Positions 1 to 11,456 of a stretch of 64,000 bases of DNA are shown piece after piece (position 1 is the first letter of the stretch; every line of letters starts with the position of its first letter). The translations under genes and the position numbers were made by a program. Source of the DNA: Eledone cirrhosa (lineage: Eukaryota); contig OZ024754.1 of assembly GCA_964016885.1 (NCBI GenBank), positions 8,990,001-9,054,000 of the forward strand. Direction: 5' to 3'. The notes beneath the pieces were generated by a model. It was given only the letters and a program-made list of their open reading frames with translations. It was not told the DNA's origin and ran no database searches.

Positions 1-644
1 TTCAACCCCTACCAATGGTACTGCTGGTCACAGCGTCTGTCACAAGCCAATGCGCTGTCCTGTGGTGTAAGAGATGAGACAACACAATAATTTTTTAGCA
101 ATTGAGCTACAACAAGTAGACATGGATTTATGTGCTGTCAGGAAAAAGGTATTGTACTTTCATACAACAAAACTCATAAGTGAAACAGAAAAAGTCGGAA
201 AAAAGGCAAAATGAAGAAAGTAAGATATTGTGTTAAAATATGTAAGCCATTGAAATTAATGAGGGGAGGGGGAGAACAAGTTTATCACAGATTAGTAATG
301 ATTAACCTAGATAATTTTAACAAAAGGGGCAAAACATGATACAATTTTTTAAGAGGAAACCTTAAAATATTATTTCTTGAAAATATATACATATATCTTT
401 TGCATTTGATTTATATATATATGTTCAGTAGAGATTGTTTCGGTAAAAACAAGCGCATTGCCTGCAGCATATCACAAATTTTGGATTTTCATCGAGGATT
501 TCATTCTCATAACAAATGCATGGACTACATCTTGGATTGCATAAGAGAACCGTTGAAATAATTATTATGAATGAGCGGTTTATATCACATCAGCATCTTA
601 ATGTTATTCTTATATATATATATACACATATATGTAGGTTTTAT

Positions 645-1245
645 ATGTGGCTGATGCTCAGGTGCAGTAAGTAGCAAGTGCCCACTGGATACTAGCTCTT
701 TCAACTACCCAGATGGTTCTATAGAAATAGTAGGCACTTTCTGTTATCAGGGTGACAAAATCAACAGTGGAGGAGAGTGTACTGAAAGTACAGTAGCCAG
801 AAAAAGAACGGGATGGAAGAAGTTCAGAGAGCTAATACCACTGTTAGCCGCAAAAGGTTTCTCTCTAAAAATGAAAGGCCAATTGTATGATGCTTGTATA
901 CAAACAACAATGTTACATGGTAGTTAGACCTGGGTCTTGTGTGCACAGATTGGAAAGGAATGAAGCATGCATGCTCCGATGGATGTAATAGTAATATAGA
1001 CAAAGGGTAAGTGTACTAAGTGAAAAATTAGGCATAAGAGGGATTAGATGTAGTTTACTAGAGAGGAGATTATGTTGGTATGATCATGTGATGCATATGA
1101 AGAACGACAGCTCTATAGGGCGTTCAAAATTGATGGAAGTCTCATAACGAGGTGATAAAAGCTGACCTTGCACACTTGAACCTCTCTCAGACAATGACAC
1201 AGGATCGAGATGTTTGGCGCTATGCAGTAATACAGAAGCCAACCT
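645..1245 (+). mobile_element. Decayed RTE-clade LINE, 3' fragment (reverse transcriptase C-terminal region)
   Basis: From 721 reads IEIVGTFCYQGDKINSGGECTESTVARKRTGWKKFRELIPLLAAKGFSLKMKGQLYDACIQTTMLHGS*TW, then RLERNEACMLRWM, ERRLCWYDHVMHM and VIKADLAHLNLSQTMTQDRDVWRYAV, which are typical RTE C-terminal motifs; stop at 925-927 and frameshifts. Confidence 0.85.
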
Positions 1246-1294
1246 TCCTTTGTGCACGGACTTCTAGGTACCTTTTAATCCAATATAGATTCCA

Positions 1295-1576
1295 CACACT
1301 TACACCTCCCTTCCACCACCACCCACACCACCTTTACTCTGTAAAGTTATGTTGGTACCACAAAACATCCAGCTTACACTGGAAATTGATCGTGTAGGTG
1401 TCACGACAAAATGCACCCAGTCCACATTGTAAAATAGTCATGTAGGTTTCGTGACAAAAAGATCTTAGTCTGCACTGTATGAACAAGGCATGGTCACCTG
1501 ACCTAGCATTGCAAACAACAGGGCACTCGTTAAACCCATGCTAGCGTGGAAAAATGGATGTAAAGTGGTGATGATT
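1295..1576 (+). mobile_element. Decayed SINE/RTE-tail element with internal ~48-bp repeats (in every unit)
   Basis: TGTAGGTGTCACGACAAAATGCACCCAG-type repeats and an AACCCATGCTAGCGTGGAAAAATGGATGTAAA...GATGAT tail; related sequences at 3225-3420 (+), 12520-12830 (+) and ~6180-6270 (-). Confidence 0.6.
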
Positions 1577-1706
1577 ATATATATATATATATATTATTGT
1601 TTTAACTTCACCTGTTGCAAATTTTTTTATATTGTTTTTGTGAAAAAAAACAATCTTTTTCGCACACACACACACATTATATGTATATATATATTTCTTT
1701 ATTGAG

Positions 1707-2078
1707 TTTCTACTTTGGGCACAAGGCCAGCGAAATACCTCAGTGGACCACTGGTACTTTATTTTATCGACCTCGTAAGGATGAAAGGCAAAGTTAACCT
1801 CGGCGGATTTGAACTCAGAACGCAAAGGGCCATAACTATGCTACAAAGCATGGTATCTGACGCTCTATCGATACTGCCAAATCACTATATATATATACTT
1901 TTGGCACAAGGCCAGCAAATAGCCAGCAAATAAACTGGTACTTTATTTTATCGACCCCGTAAGGATGAAAGGCAAAGTTAACCTTGGTGGGATTTGAACT
2001 CATAATGGCAAGGGCCGTAACTCTTTGCATCAAAGCATGGCGTCCGAGCCTCTACCGATACTGCCAATCCACCGCCCT
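1707..2078 (-). mobile_element. Two tandem tRNA-derived SINE copies (about 1707-1875 and 1898-2078); present in all units, fused to one in unit 6
   Basis: Minus strand has a B-box-like GAGTTCAAATCC followed by TTTGCCTTTCATCCTTACG.GGTCGATAAAATAAAGTACCAG, twice, 184 bp apart. Confidence 0.8.
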
Positions 2079-2244
2079 TGTATATATATAAATAGATAAT
2101 CCCGTTCATTTCTCTTATAATATATATACATATATATAACGTTCTCTTTTTTTTTTTGTTTTATTTCAAGTAACTTACAAGGGATATTCTATGATTGACT
2201 AGAATCACTTCCAGTGTGTGTATTTATTTACAACATTGATATTC

Positions 2245-2361
2245 TACACCACATTCGTCATCTATGTGACACTTGTAATGTTATTTTTACAACCAGGAAT
2301 AAAATTGTTCTTGAGATATTCACTGCGAACCTGTACTTTCTCTATTTCTTGTTCGGACTTG

Positions 2362-2392
<31 letters not shown>

Positions 2393-2520
2393 ATTTACTA
2401 CACCACATTTTTCATCTGTGTGATATTTTTGTAATGTTATTTATACAACCGGGAATAAAATAATTCTTACCCTAAACCTTATTATTCACTGCGAACCTGA
2501 TCTGTTTCTATTTCCTGTCT
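2245..2520. repeat. Diverged direct duplication of about 120-150 bp separated by (TA)n
   Basis: CTACACCACATT...TGTAATGTTATTT.TACAACC.GGAATAAAAT...TATTCACTGCGAACCTG occurs at ~2246 and ~2398. Confidence 0.75.
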
Positions 2521-2681
2521 CACCATCTTCCATTCTTTCATCAATCTCTCGTCATTAATTTTTATCAATTCCTGTCTCCTTTTCTATATTTTCAAGGTAT
2601 TTCAAATTTTTTTATAATTTTTACGTTTCTTTCGTTAATTTATTCAGTTTTATATTTAAAATATTTCTGAGTAACTTTTCC

Positions 2682-2702
2682 TGTATTTTCCGTCTAAATA
2701 TT

Positions 2703-2762
<60 letters not shown>

Positions 2763-2845
2763 AAGTAAGACCCCGACGGTTGAGCTCAAGCCGTTTCGAC
2801 GGCTAATTCTGGACTTTGAGCTCAGCCGTCGGGGTCTTACTTGTT

Positions 2846-2884
<39 letters not shown>

Positions 2885-2905
2885 AATATTTAGACGGAAA
2901 ATACA
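2682..2905. mobile_element. Nested palindrome: ~90-bp MITE-like element (32-bp TIRs) inside (TA)n, inside an outer ~24-bp inverted repeat
   Basis: Inner TIR GGAACAAGTAAGACCCCGACGGCTGAGCTCAA (perfect at 46161..46250); outer TGTATTTTCCGTCTAAATATTGTT / AACAATATTTAGACGGAAAATACA. Present in units 1 and 4-8, absent in units 2 and 3. Confidence 0.8.
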
Positions 2906-2984
2906 AAATATAACTACTCCATTACCAAAGGTTTCTGGATCCCAGATAATAATGATATACGTCTTTTCCTTCGGAATTACCTAA

Positions 2985-3015
<31 letters not shown>

Positions 3016-3077
3016 GTAATAAGGTTGCTTTGATGCGTCCATAGGCGGTATGCCGTTTGAGCACTCTATGCCCCTCG

Positions 3078-3224
3078 ATGGAAAACGAAGAATCAGTGAA
3101 GCATCGAAACAATTTATTACGTATTACAATTGTTTTTCCAGCGAAAAGCTCCAGGTGTGATCTATTCGCCAGAGAAACAATTGTAATACGTAATTGTGTT
3201 CCGATACATCACTGATTCTTCGTT
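3078..3224. mobile_element. Hairpin MITE-like element with ~65-bp imperfect TIRs
   Basis: ATGGAAAACGAAGAATCAGTGA...TTACGTATTACAATTGTTT is mirrored by AAACAATTGTAATACGTAA...TCACTGATTCTTCGTT(TTCCAT); the right end is complete only in units 2 and 3. Confidence 0.7.
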
Positions 3225-3865
3225 GTCCTGTAGGAGTCACGGTAAAAAGCACCCAGCATACACCGTAAATGTGGTTTGTGTTAGGAAGGACATTCGGCCA
3301 TGGAAAAGAAGCCAGAAACAGTTCTGTGTGAGTAAGACATGGTCACCTGGCCTAGCATTGCCTTAAATGGGACAACCCGTCTAATCCAGGCTAACGTGGA
3401 AAATGGCCATTAAATGATAACTATATGTTTTTGTGTGTGTGTAAAGCCCTGCAAATATACTTCCCACTAATTGTGTCTACAGGAATAACACAAGTCATGT
3501 TAGTGGGGTGCCTAGAGTAGCCATGTGTGAGTATCCCTTGACTGTTATCAAGCAATTGCACAGCATTTTCCCCTTCCAGGTAGAAAGAACTGTTACTCAA
3601 GGAACTGTCAAGTTACACATCTCAGGTCTCAGACAATTACTATGTTGGAAAGTCCTATAAGAATGAATTTTGGGGTAAAGACTATCGGGAAGACCTCCCA
3701 AGAGATAAAAGGGTAAAATATATATAGAGCATGCTGGAATACCACTGCTCACATTGGAGAGTATTGCTCTGGACAGGAAAGATATCTAGTTTACCAATAT
3801 AGAAATATAAAATTTCCACTGTTAAATCTATCTCTGCTTCTTAAGTATTCTCTATTATCTCATAC

Positions 3866-3884
3866 CGTTTCTTTCTTATTTCAG
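3866..3884 (+). promoter_or_regulatory. Candidate 3' splice acceptor opening the ZNF exon
   Basis: Polypyrimidine tract CCGTTTCTTTCTTATTTCAG about 360 bp upstream of the ATG; conserved in all 7 copies (e.g. AG at 13294-13295). Confidence 0.6.
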
Positions 3885-4247
3885 AATATCAGATGACATT
3901 GGGATAAATTAATTTTTAATCTTGAATACATCACCTATATTTATCATCATTTCAAGACTAAACTTTTCATACGGAACTGATATAACATTGTTTATATTAG
4001 AATTACTGTGAAAAATTTCTTCAGAACTGTGTTTATCGGAAAAATTTCGTTTCCTCACCAGCCTAAATATTTACAAGATGATTTTGAATCTTAACTAAAA
4101 TTTGATCACAAAGAAGTTTGCATCATCTTCAGATCTTGACTGAGATCACAGTTGGGGGAAATATAGCAGAAGAAATATCTTCAGGAATATAATATATAAA
4201 ATAATACAAGAATAACATCTGTAAATTCAGTCAAGGGAAGAAGAAAC

Positions 4248-5693
4248 ATGGAAAATAAATTGAGTGAGAAGAAGATTAAATGTGAAACATTATCTGAAGA
4301 TATTACTAATCCAGAAGACATGCCAAACGATAGAGGAGAGAAGCCATATCACTGTGATATCTGTCGTAAATCATTCTCTCGAAGTAATCATTTTTCTAGA
4401 CACAAACATATACATACAGGAGAGAAGCCATATCACTGTGATATCTGTCGTAAATCATTCACTCAAAGTACTACCTTAACTACGCACAAACGTATACATA
4501 CAGGTGAGATACCATATGACTGTGATATTTGTGGTAAATCATTCTCTAAATCGGATACATTAACTATTCACAAACATATACATACAGGAGACAAGCCGTA
4601 TCACTGTGATATCTGTGGTAAATCTTTCTCAGTAAGTGGTACATTAACTTCTCACAAATATACACATACAGGAGAGAAGCCATATCACTGTGATATTTGT
4701 GGTAAATCATTCTCTAAATCGGATACATTAACTATTCACAAACGTATACATACAGGAGAGAAGCCGTATCACTGTGATATCTGTGGTAAATCTTTCTCAG
4801 TAAGTGGTACATTAACTTCTCACATACGTACCCATACAGGAGAGAAGCCATATCACTGTGATATCTGTGGTAAATCATTCGCTAAATCGGATACATTAAC
4901 TATTCACAAACATATACATACTGGAGAGAAGCCATATCACTGTGATATCTGTGGTAAATCATTCTCAGTAAGTGATAAATTAACTACTCACAAATATACA
5001 CATACAGGAGAGAAGCCATATCACTGTGATATCTGTGGTAAATCATTCTCTCAAAGTGGTCACTTAAGTACACACAAACGTATACATACAGGAGAGAAAC
5101 CATATCATTGTGGTATCTGTGGTAAATCATTCTCAGTAAGTGATAAATTAACTTTTCACAAATATACACATACAGGAGAGAAGCCATATCACTGTGATAT
5201 CTGTGGTAAATCATTCGCTAGATCGGATACATTAACTATTCACAAACGTATACATACAGGAGACAAGCCATATCACTGTGGTATATGTGGTAAATCTTTC
5301 TCAGTAAGTGGTACATTAACTTCTCACATGCGTAGCCATACAGGTGAGAAGCCATACCACTGTGATATCTGTGGTAAATCATTCTCTAAATCGGGTGCTT
5401 TAACTATTCACAAACGTATACATACAGGTGAGAAACCATACCACTGTGACATCTGTGGTAAATCATTCTCTAGTTCAGGTGATTTAACTATTCACAAACG
5501 TACACATACAGGAGAGAAGCCATACCACTGTGACATCTGTGGTAAATCATTCTCTGTATCGTGTGGTTTAACTAGTCACAATCGTATACATACAGGAAAG
5601 AAGCCATATCACTGTGATATCTGTGGTATATCATTCTCTGTATCAAGTAGGTTAACTAGACACAAATATACCCATACAGGTGAGAAACCATAA
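4248..5693 (+). CDS. C2H2 zinc-finger protein, copy 1, 481 aa, 16 fingers, uninterrupted
   Basis: 16 x 28-aa CxxC-x12-HxxxH repeats with TGEKPY linkers after a short N-terminal leader; no KRAB/SET/BTB domain visible. Confidence 0.93.
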   Translation: MENKLSEKKIKCETLSEDITNPEDMPNDRGEKPYHCDICRKSFSRSNHFSRHKHIHTGEKPYHCDICRKSFTQSTTLTTHKRIHTGEIPYDCDICGKSFSKSDTLTIHKHIHTGDKPYHCDICGKSFSVSGTLTSHKYTHTGEKPYHCDICGKSFSKSDTLTIHKRIHTGEKPYHCDICGKSFSVSGTLTSHIRTHTGEKPYHCDICGKSFAKSDTLTIHKHIHTGEKPYHCDICGKSFSVSDKLTTHKYTHTGEKPYHCDICGKSFSQSGHLSTHKRIHTGEKPYHCGICGKSFSVSDKLTFHKYTHTGEKPYHCDICGKSFARSDTLTIHKRIHTGDKPYHCGICGKSFSVSGTLTSHMRSHTGEKPYHCDICGKSFSKSGALTIHKRIHTGEKPYHCDICGKSFSSSGDLTIHKRTHTGEKPYHCDICGKSFSVSCGLTSHNRIHTGKKPYHCDICGISFSVSSRLTRHKYTHTGEKP

Positions 5694-5900
5694 CAAAGTC
5701 ATCTCATTATCTCAAAATGGTGATTTTATTAGACACAAATACATTCATATAAATGAAAAGCCATACCATTGCTACATTAATTACACCCAAACTGTGATGT
5801 CTGTGATAAATCATTCTCTAAATGTCGTGGCTTCAGTAGACACTAACATATACAGCAGAGGAACCACATCAGTGCGATGTCTGTGGTAAATGATTCTTTT
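5694..5900 (+). pseudogene. Old, heavily decayed zinc-finger repeats in the 3' UTR (present after every copy)
   Basis: Fragments read [40 protein letters not shown] and PHQCDVCGK*F, with frameshifts between them. Confidence 0.8.
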
Positions 5901-5988
5901 GGACAGGTTACTTAATGCAAGAGAATCAGACAAGATAAAAACCATATCACTCACCCAAAATAGTGCCACCAATGTTGTAAGTATTTTG

Positions 5989-5994
5989 AATAAA
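5989..5994 (+). promoter_or_regulatory. Candidate polyadenylation signal AATAAA (conserved in all copies)
   Basis: AATAAA about 300 bp after the terminal stop; motif only, in AT-rich DNA. Confidence 0.35.
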
Positions 5995-6282
5995 ACTTGT
6001 TTATTCAGAAATTATTCTCCTTTAATTTTATTTGTAAAAGTTGTAACCAACACTAGTTGTGACAAAACTGCATGGTACAGAATTTACAAACACTATATAT
6101 ATATGAGTGTATATAGAAATTATTATCCTTGAATATGATAGTATCTGTATGTGTGTATAATTATGTGTATCTGTGATCAACGTGATCAACGTCTACCTTC
6201 CACACTAATATGGGTTAGCTGGGAACTGTCCCACTTGAGGAAAAAATTGGTCAGGTGACCATGTCTCGCTTGTATAGGGCTA

Positions 6283-6316
<34 letters not shown>

Positions 6317-6914
6317 CAGGAGTGAGACACGATCTCCTGACCCAACTTATCTCTAAATGGGCCAAACAAAATGAAGACATAACAAATCGTCCTTTATATA
6401 TATATATATATATTTGTGTTGGTGCTCTAAAATAGTGATGTATATTGTATGTTTATTTAAAACACTTTGAAGGCCTTTCGCTATAAATTTAAGGTAGTGA
6501 ATATAGTTATATACCTAGCTTCAGTGAAACCAAAGGGAAATAACCAATGATCGTTTCTCACATTTTAGTGCTTATCAAGGTTATATATCCCTTCTTTTTG
6601 CTCTGAGCTGTACAAGCTGGATTCTTATAGAATTCCAATTATGTGTATGAGCTGTTTAATCTCATTAACATACAGAGTGGTTGCCTTAAGCAAGGTATGT
6701 AACATCTGTAACTATCTTGAATTCATAGCGAAAGGGCTTCAAAATGTTATTTAAAAAAACTATATTATTAACTATAAAATATGTACATTCATATATATAT
6801 ATAAACTTAAGCAAATTAACAAGGAGAAGACCAGACAAATTAGAACAATATTTTAAGGGGAATCCTTAAAGAATAATTTTTGAAAATAAAAATACAAATG
6901 AATGAAATAGAACT

Positions 6915-7104
6915 CCAGATTCATTGGCTGTTGAGATGGACTTGGCCAATTTCAACCCCTACCAATGGTACTGCTGGTCACAGCGTCTGTCACAAGCCAA
7001 TGCGCTGTCCTGTGGTGTAAGAGATGAGACAACACAATAATTTTTTAGCAATTGAGCTACAACAAGTAGACATGGATTTATGTGCTGTCAGGAAAAAGGT
7101 ATTG
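6915..7104 (+). promoter_or_regulatory. Candidate CCAAT-box promoter and short first exon with splice donor (repeated in every unit)
   Basis: ATTGG 6923, CCAAT 6946, 6962, 6997 (two in an AGCCAATG context, opposite orientations), followed by ACATGG and AAG|GTATTG with GT at 7099-7100. Confidence 0.45.
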
Positions 7105-7596
7105 TACTTTCATACAACAAAACTCATAAGTGAAACAGAAAAAGTCGGAAAAAAGGCAAAATGAAGAAAGTAAGATATTGTGTTAAAATATGTAAGCCAT
7201 TGAAATTAATGAGGGGAGGGGGAGAACAAGTTTATCACAGATTAGTAATGATTAACCTAGATAATTTTAACAAAAGGGGCAAAACATGATACAATTTTTT
7301 AAGAGGAAACCTTAAAATATTATTTCTTGAAAATATATACATATATCTTTTTCATTTGATTTATATATATATATGTTCAGTAGAGATTGTCTCGGTAAAA
7401 ACAAGCGCGTTGCCTGCGGCATATCACAAATTTTGGATTTTCATCGAGGATTTCATTCTCATAACAAATGCATGGACTACATCTTGGATTGCATAAGAGA
7501 ACCGTTGAAATAATTATTATGAATGAGCGGTTTATATCACATCAGCATCTTAATGTTATTCTTATATATATATATACACATATATGTAGGTTTTAT

Positions 7597-8197
7597 ATGT
7601 GGCTGATGCTCAGGTGCAGTAAGTAGCAAGTGCCCACTGGATACTAGCTCTTTCAACTACCCAGATGGTTCTATAGAAATAGTAGGCACTTTCTGTTATC
7701 AGGGTGACAAAATCAACAGTGGAGGAGAGTGTACTGAAAGTACAGTAGCCAGAAAAAGAACGGGATGGAAAAAGTTCAGAGAGCTAATACCACTGTTAGC
7801 CGCAAAAGGTTTCTCTCTAAAAATGAAAGGCCAATTGTATGATGCTTGTATACAAACAACAATGTTACATGGTAGTTAGACCTGGGTATTGTGTGCACAG
7901 ATTGGAAAGGAATGAAGCATGCATGCTCCGATGGATGTAATAGTAATATAGACAAAGGGTAAGTGTACTAAGTGAAAAATTAGGCATAAGAGGGATTAGA
8001 TGTAGTTTACTAGAGAGGAGATTATGTTGGTATGATCATGTGATGCATATGAAGAACGACAGCTCTATAGGGCGTTCAAAATTGATGGAAGACTCATAAC
8101 GAGGTGATAAAAGCTGACCTTGCACACTTGAACCTCTCTCAGACAATGACACAGGATCGAGATGTTTGGCGCTATGCAGTAATACAGAAGCCAACCT
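7597..8197 (+). mobile_element. RTE LINE 3' fragment, unit 2
   Basis: Near-identical to 645..1245. Confidence 0.85.
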
Positions 8198-9308
8198 TCC
8201 TTTGTGCACGGACTTCTAGGTACCTTTTAATCCAATATAGATTCCACACACTTACACCTCCCTTCCACCACCACCCACACCACCTTTACTCTGTAAAGTT
8301 ATGTTGGTACCACAAAACATCCAGCTCACACTGGAAATTGATCGTGTAGGTGTCACGACAAAATGCACCCAGTCCACATTGTAAAATAGTCATGTAGGTT
8401 TCGTGACAAAAAGATCTTAGTCTGCACTGTATGAACAAGGCATGGTCACCTGACCTAGCATTGCAAACAACAGGGCACTCGTTAAACCCATGCTAGCGTG
8501 GAAAAATGGATGTAAAGTGGTGATGATTATATATATATATATATTATTGTTTTAACTTCACCTGTTGCAAATTTTTTTATATTGTTTTTGTGAAAAAAAA
8601 CAATCTTTTTCGCACACACACACACATTATATGTATATATATATTTCTTTATTGAGTTTCTACTTTGGGCACAAGGCCAGCGAAATACCTCAGTGCACCA
8701 CTGGTACTTTATTTTATCGACCTCGTAAGGATGAAAGGCAAAGTTAACCTCGGCGGATTTGAACTCAGAACGCAAAGGGCCATAACTATGCTACAAAGCA
8801 TGGTATCTGACGCTCTATCGATACTGCCAAATCACTATATATATATACTTTTGGCACAAGGCCAGCAAATAGCCAGCAAATAAACTGGTACTTTATTTTA
8901 TCGACCCCGTAAGGATGAAAGGCAAAGTTAACCTTGGTGGGATTTGAACTCATAATGGCAAGGGCCGTAACTCTTTGCATCAAAGCATGGCGTCCGAGCC
9001 TCTACCGATACTGCCAATCCACTGCCCTTATATATATATAAATAGATAATCCCGTTCATTTCTCTTATAATATATATACATATATATAACGTTCTCTTTT
9101 TTTTGTTTTATTTCAAGTAACTTACAAGGGATATTCTATGATTGACTAGAATCACTTCCAGTGTGTGTATTTATTTACAACATTGATATTCTACACCACA
9201 TTCGTCATCTATGTGACACTTGTAATGTTATTTTTACAACCAGGAATAAAATTGTTCTTGAGATATTCACTGCGAACCTGTACTTTCTCTATTTCTTGTT
9301 CGGACTTG

Positions 9309-9339
<31 letters not shown>

Positions 9340-9510
9340 ATTTACTACACCACATTTTTCATCTGTGTGATATTTTTGTAATGTTATTTATACAACCGGG
9401 AATAAAATAATTCTTACCCTAACCCTTATTATTCACTGCGAACCTGAACTGTTTCTATTTCCTGTCTCACCATCTTCCATTCTTTCATCAATCTCTCGTC
9501 ATTAATTTCC

Positions 9511-9629
9511 TACAATCTGAGTTCAAATCCCGCCGAGGTTGACTTTGCCTTTCATCCTTACGGGGTCGATAAAATAAAGTACCAGTAATGCACTGGGTAA
9601 TTGCTGGCCTTGTGCCTAAAGTAGAAACA
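9511..9629 (+). mobile_element. 5'-truncated SINE insertion with 10-bp target site duplication (also 19669..19787)
   Basis: ATTAATTTCC at 9501-9510 and 9630-9639 flanks the SINE body; the empty site ATTAATTTCCATC is seen in unit 6 near 45864. Confidence 0.88.
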
Positions 9630-10151
9630 ATTAATTTCCATCAATTTCTGTCTCCTTTTCTATATTTTATATTTTCAAGGTATTTCAACAATTTTTATAA
9701 TTTTTACGTTTCTTTCGTTAATTTATTCAGTTTTATATTTAAAATATTTCTGAGTAACATTTCCTGTATTTTCCGTCTAAATATTGTTTACATATATATA
9801 TAAATGAGGTATAGAGATTGTTTTAGCGAGAAGCTAATAGTATTCTATAACATATATGCGACTATAACGTCAAGATGGGAGAAGTAGTTAACGTAAGATT
9901 TAGGAAAAATAAAGATATATAGATATATATAATTAGAAAGTGAACAACACAAAATATAACTACTCCATTACCAAAGCTTTCTGGATCCCAGATAATAATG
10001 ATATACGTCTTTTCCTTCGGAATTACCTAATACATATATATATATATATATTTGTAGTAATGTTGCTTTGATGCGTCCATAGGTCGTATGCCGTTTGAGC
10101 ACTATGCCCCTCGATGGAAAACGAAGAATCAGTGAAACAATTTATTACGTA

Positions 10152-11055
10152 CTAGCAGTAAAGCCCGGCGTTGCTCGGGGTCGCTCAGTAGCTGTGTTAA
10201 AGTTACAATGTTAAGTTTCTTTCTTGACTTAAAAACTGTAGTGTCTACTGTGCAGACTTGCATGTGGTGTTTTTGATTAATATTCCCTCAACCATCAATA
10301 TGCCTTATGAAGTTAAGAAAACATAACGATAACCCGAATGTTATAACCAAAGAGGATGCTGGGGATAGAAACTGCACTGGTTATTTATTAACAAAGATCG
10401 AAAATGTAAACACTGCAACGCAGAGAAAAACATTAGCGTAACCAAATTATCAGTTATGTCTGTCTGCACGCCTATATCACCTCTCTGCACGACTGTCTGT
10501 CTGCACGCCTATATCACCTATCTGCACGACTGTCTGTCTGCACGCCTATATCACCTCTCTGCACGACTATCTGTCTGCACGCGTATATCACCTCTCTGCA
10601 CGACTGTCTGTCTGCACGCCTAACGACGAAATATTTGCTTGTTTTACGTAGTCTTTAAATAGACTTGTTTTCAAGTAAAAATATTGTTTTAAAATGCTTT
10701 TAAATGGAAATGAAGCAAAACGGAAGCTTAGTGTTCGAACTGATGAATTTTGCAGGTCAATATTTTGCTGGCTCGACAACTGTTCGTGAGAAAGCCAGCG
10801 TAATTTTTTACGTAAGACGCTCAATGTAAACAGAACAAAGGGAAATAACTGATAACTTACGCTCAAAAATCGATACATTATATTCGATTTCGTCACATAG
10901 GGTGGGTCAATTTGAAATTTTTTTTTCCCGATGTCTTCGCTAGGGCTCAATGTACAAGTATAGCAATTTCGGTGCAATTCCGTGAGAGATTCTAAGAGGA
11001 GATGTGTGCCAAAAATCGATAGACAGACAGACAACCACAGTTTTATATATATAGA
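10152..11055 (-). mobile_element. Non-autonomous Helitron, 904 bp
   Basis: On the minus strand it starts TC(TATATATATAAAA), ends in hairpin CCCGAGC-AAC-GCCGGG plus CTAG, and sits between A and T with no TSD; the empty site TTACGTA^TTACAA is present in other units. Confidence 0.88.
10457..10621. repeat. 37-bp minisatellite, about 4.5 copies, inside the Helitron (also 20615..20779)
   Basis: Unit TGTCTGTCTGCACGCCTATATCACCTCTCTGCACGAC. Confidence 0.92.
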
Positions 11056-11262
11056 TTACAATTGTTTTTCCAGCGAAAAGCTCCAGGTGTGATCTATTCG
11101 CCAGAGAAACAATTGTAATACGTAATTGTGTTCCGATACATCACTGATTCTTCGTTTTCCATATATAAATATATATATAAGTTTATCACGGTTCAATCGG
11201 GGGTAACCACAGTAAGTAAGGTACTCAATACAAAGCAGAGTATAAATATTTAATATAGAAAA

Positions 11263-11313
11263 GGCTTCTACAGGACTAGAACTGTTTCCTTCGGGAAAAA
11301 TTATCAGGAAGCC
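11263..11313 (-). ncRNA. Type I hammerhead ribozyme relic (core G8>A)
   Basis: Minus strand: GGCTTC CTGATAA TTTTTCCCGAAG GAAA CAG TTCTAGTC CTG TA GAAGCC; perfect 6-bp stem I, stem III ACAG/CTGT, GUA triplet, weak stem II. Confidence 0.6.
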
Positions 11314-11336
11314 CTATATATATATATATATGAAAA

Positions 11337-11456
11337 GTGAAGGCGCGTGGCTGAGTAGTTAGTGAATTGGACTCTCAATCGTAAGGTTGTGAGTTCGATT
11401 CCCGGACCGAGCGATGCGTTATGTCCTTGGGCAAGACACTGTATTTCACGTTGCTC
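11337..11456 (+). mobile_element. tRNA-derived SINE 5' part with CORE-like segment (also 21495..21614)
   Basis: A-box-like TGGCTGAGTAG, B box GAGTTCGATTCCC, then TGTCCTTGGGCAAGACACT. Confidence 0.75.

Noticed and set aside
1152-1397. Recurrent 81-aa ORF MIKADLAHL... in every unit
   Set aside because: Its first part is the C-terminal end of the decayed RTE LINE, it starts at GTG, and its conservation only reflects recent duplication.
1541-2463. Small ORFs containing NFAFHPY.VDKIKYQ or YIYIYI
   Set aside because: Translations of SINE bodies and (TA)n microsatellites.
2915-2985. Possible minus-strand hammerhead (GAAACCTTTGGTA)
   Set aside because: Stem III-like part only; no CUGANGA and no convincing stem I or II.
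3040-3080. Possible decayed minus-strand hammerhead (GGCATAGAGTGCTC AAAC GGCATACCGCC)
   Set aside because: Both core strands are mismatched; too degenerate to support.
4984-5214. Antisense and alternative-frame ORFs over the finger arrays ([17 protein letters not shown]..., MRRRLNVKH...)
   Set aside because: Shadow frames of the 84-bp repeat; no independent coding evidence.
4248-5693. Assigning a named gene such as PRDM9 or a vertebrate ZNF number
   Set aside because: No SET, KRAB or SSXRD domain is visible; this is a lineage-specific expansion and orthology cannot be supported.
10457-10621. 37-bp repeats resembling a CRISPR array
   Set aside because: Repeats are contiguous with no unique spacers, there are no cas genes, and the context is eukaryotic; it is a minisatellite in a Helitron.
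11341-11415. tRNA gene
   Set aside because: A/B boxes are present but there is no clean cloverleaf and it runs into a SINE body; called a SINE head.
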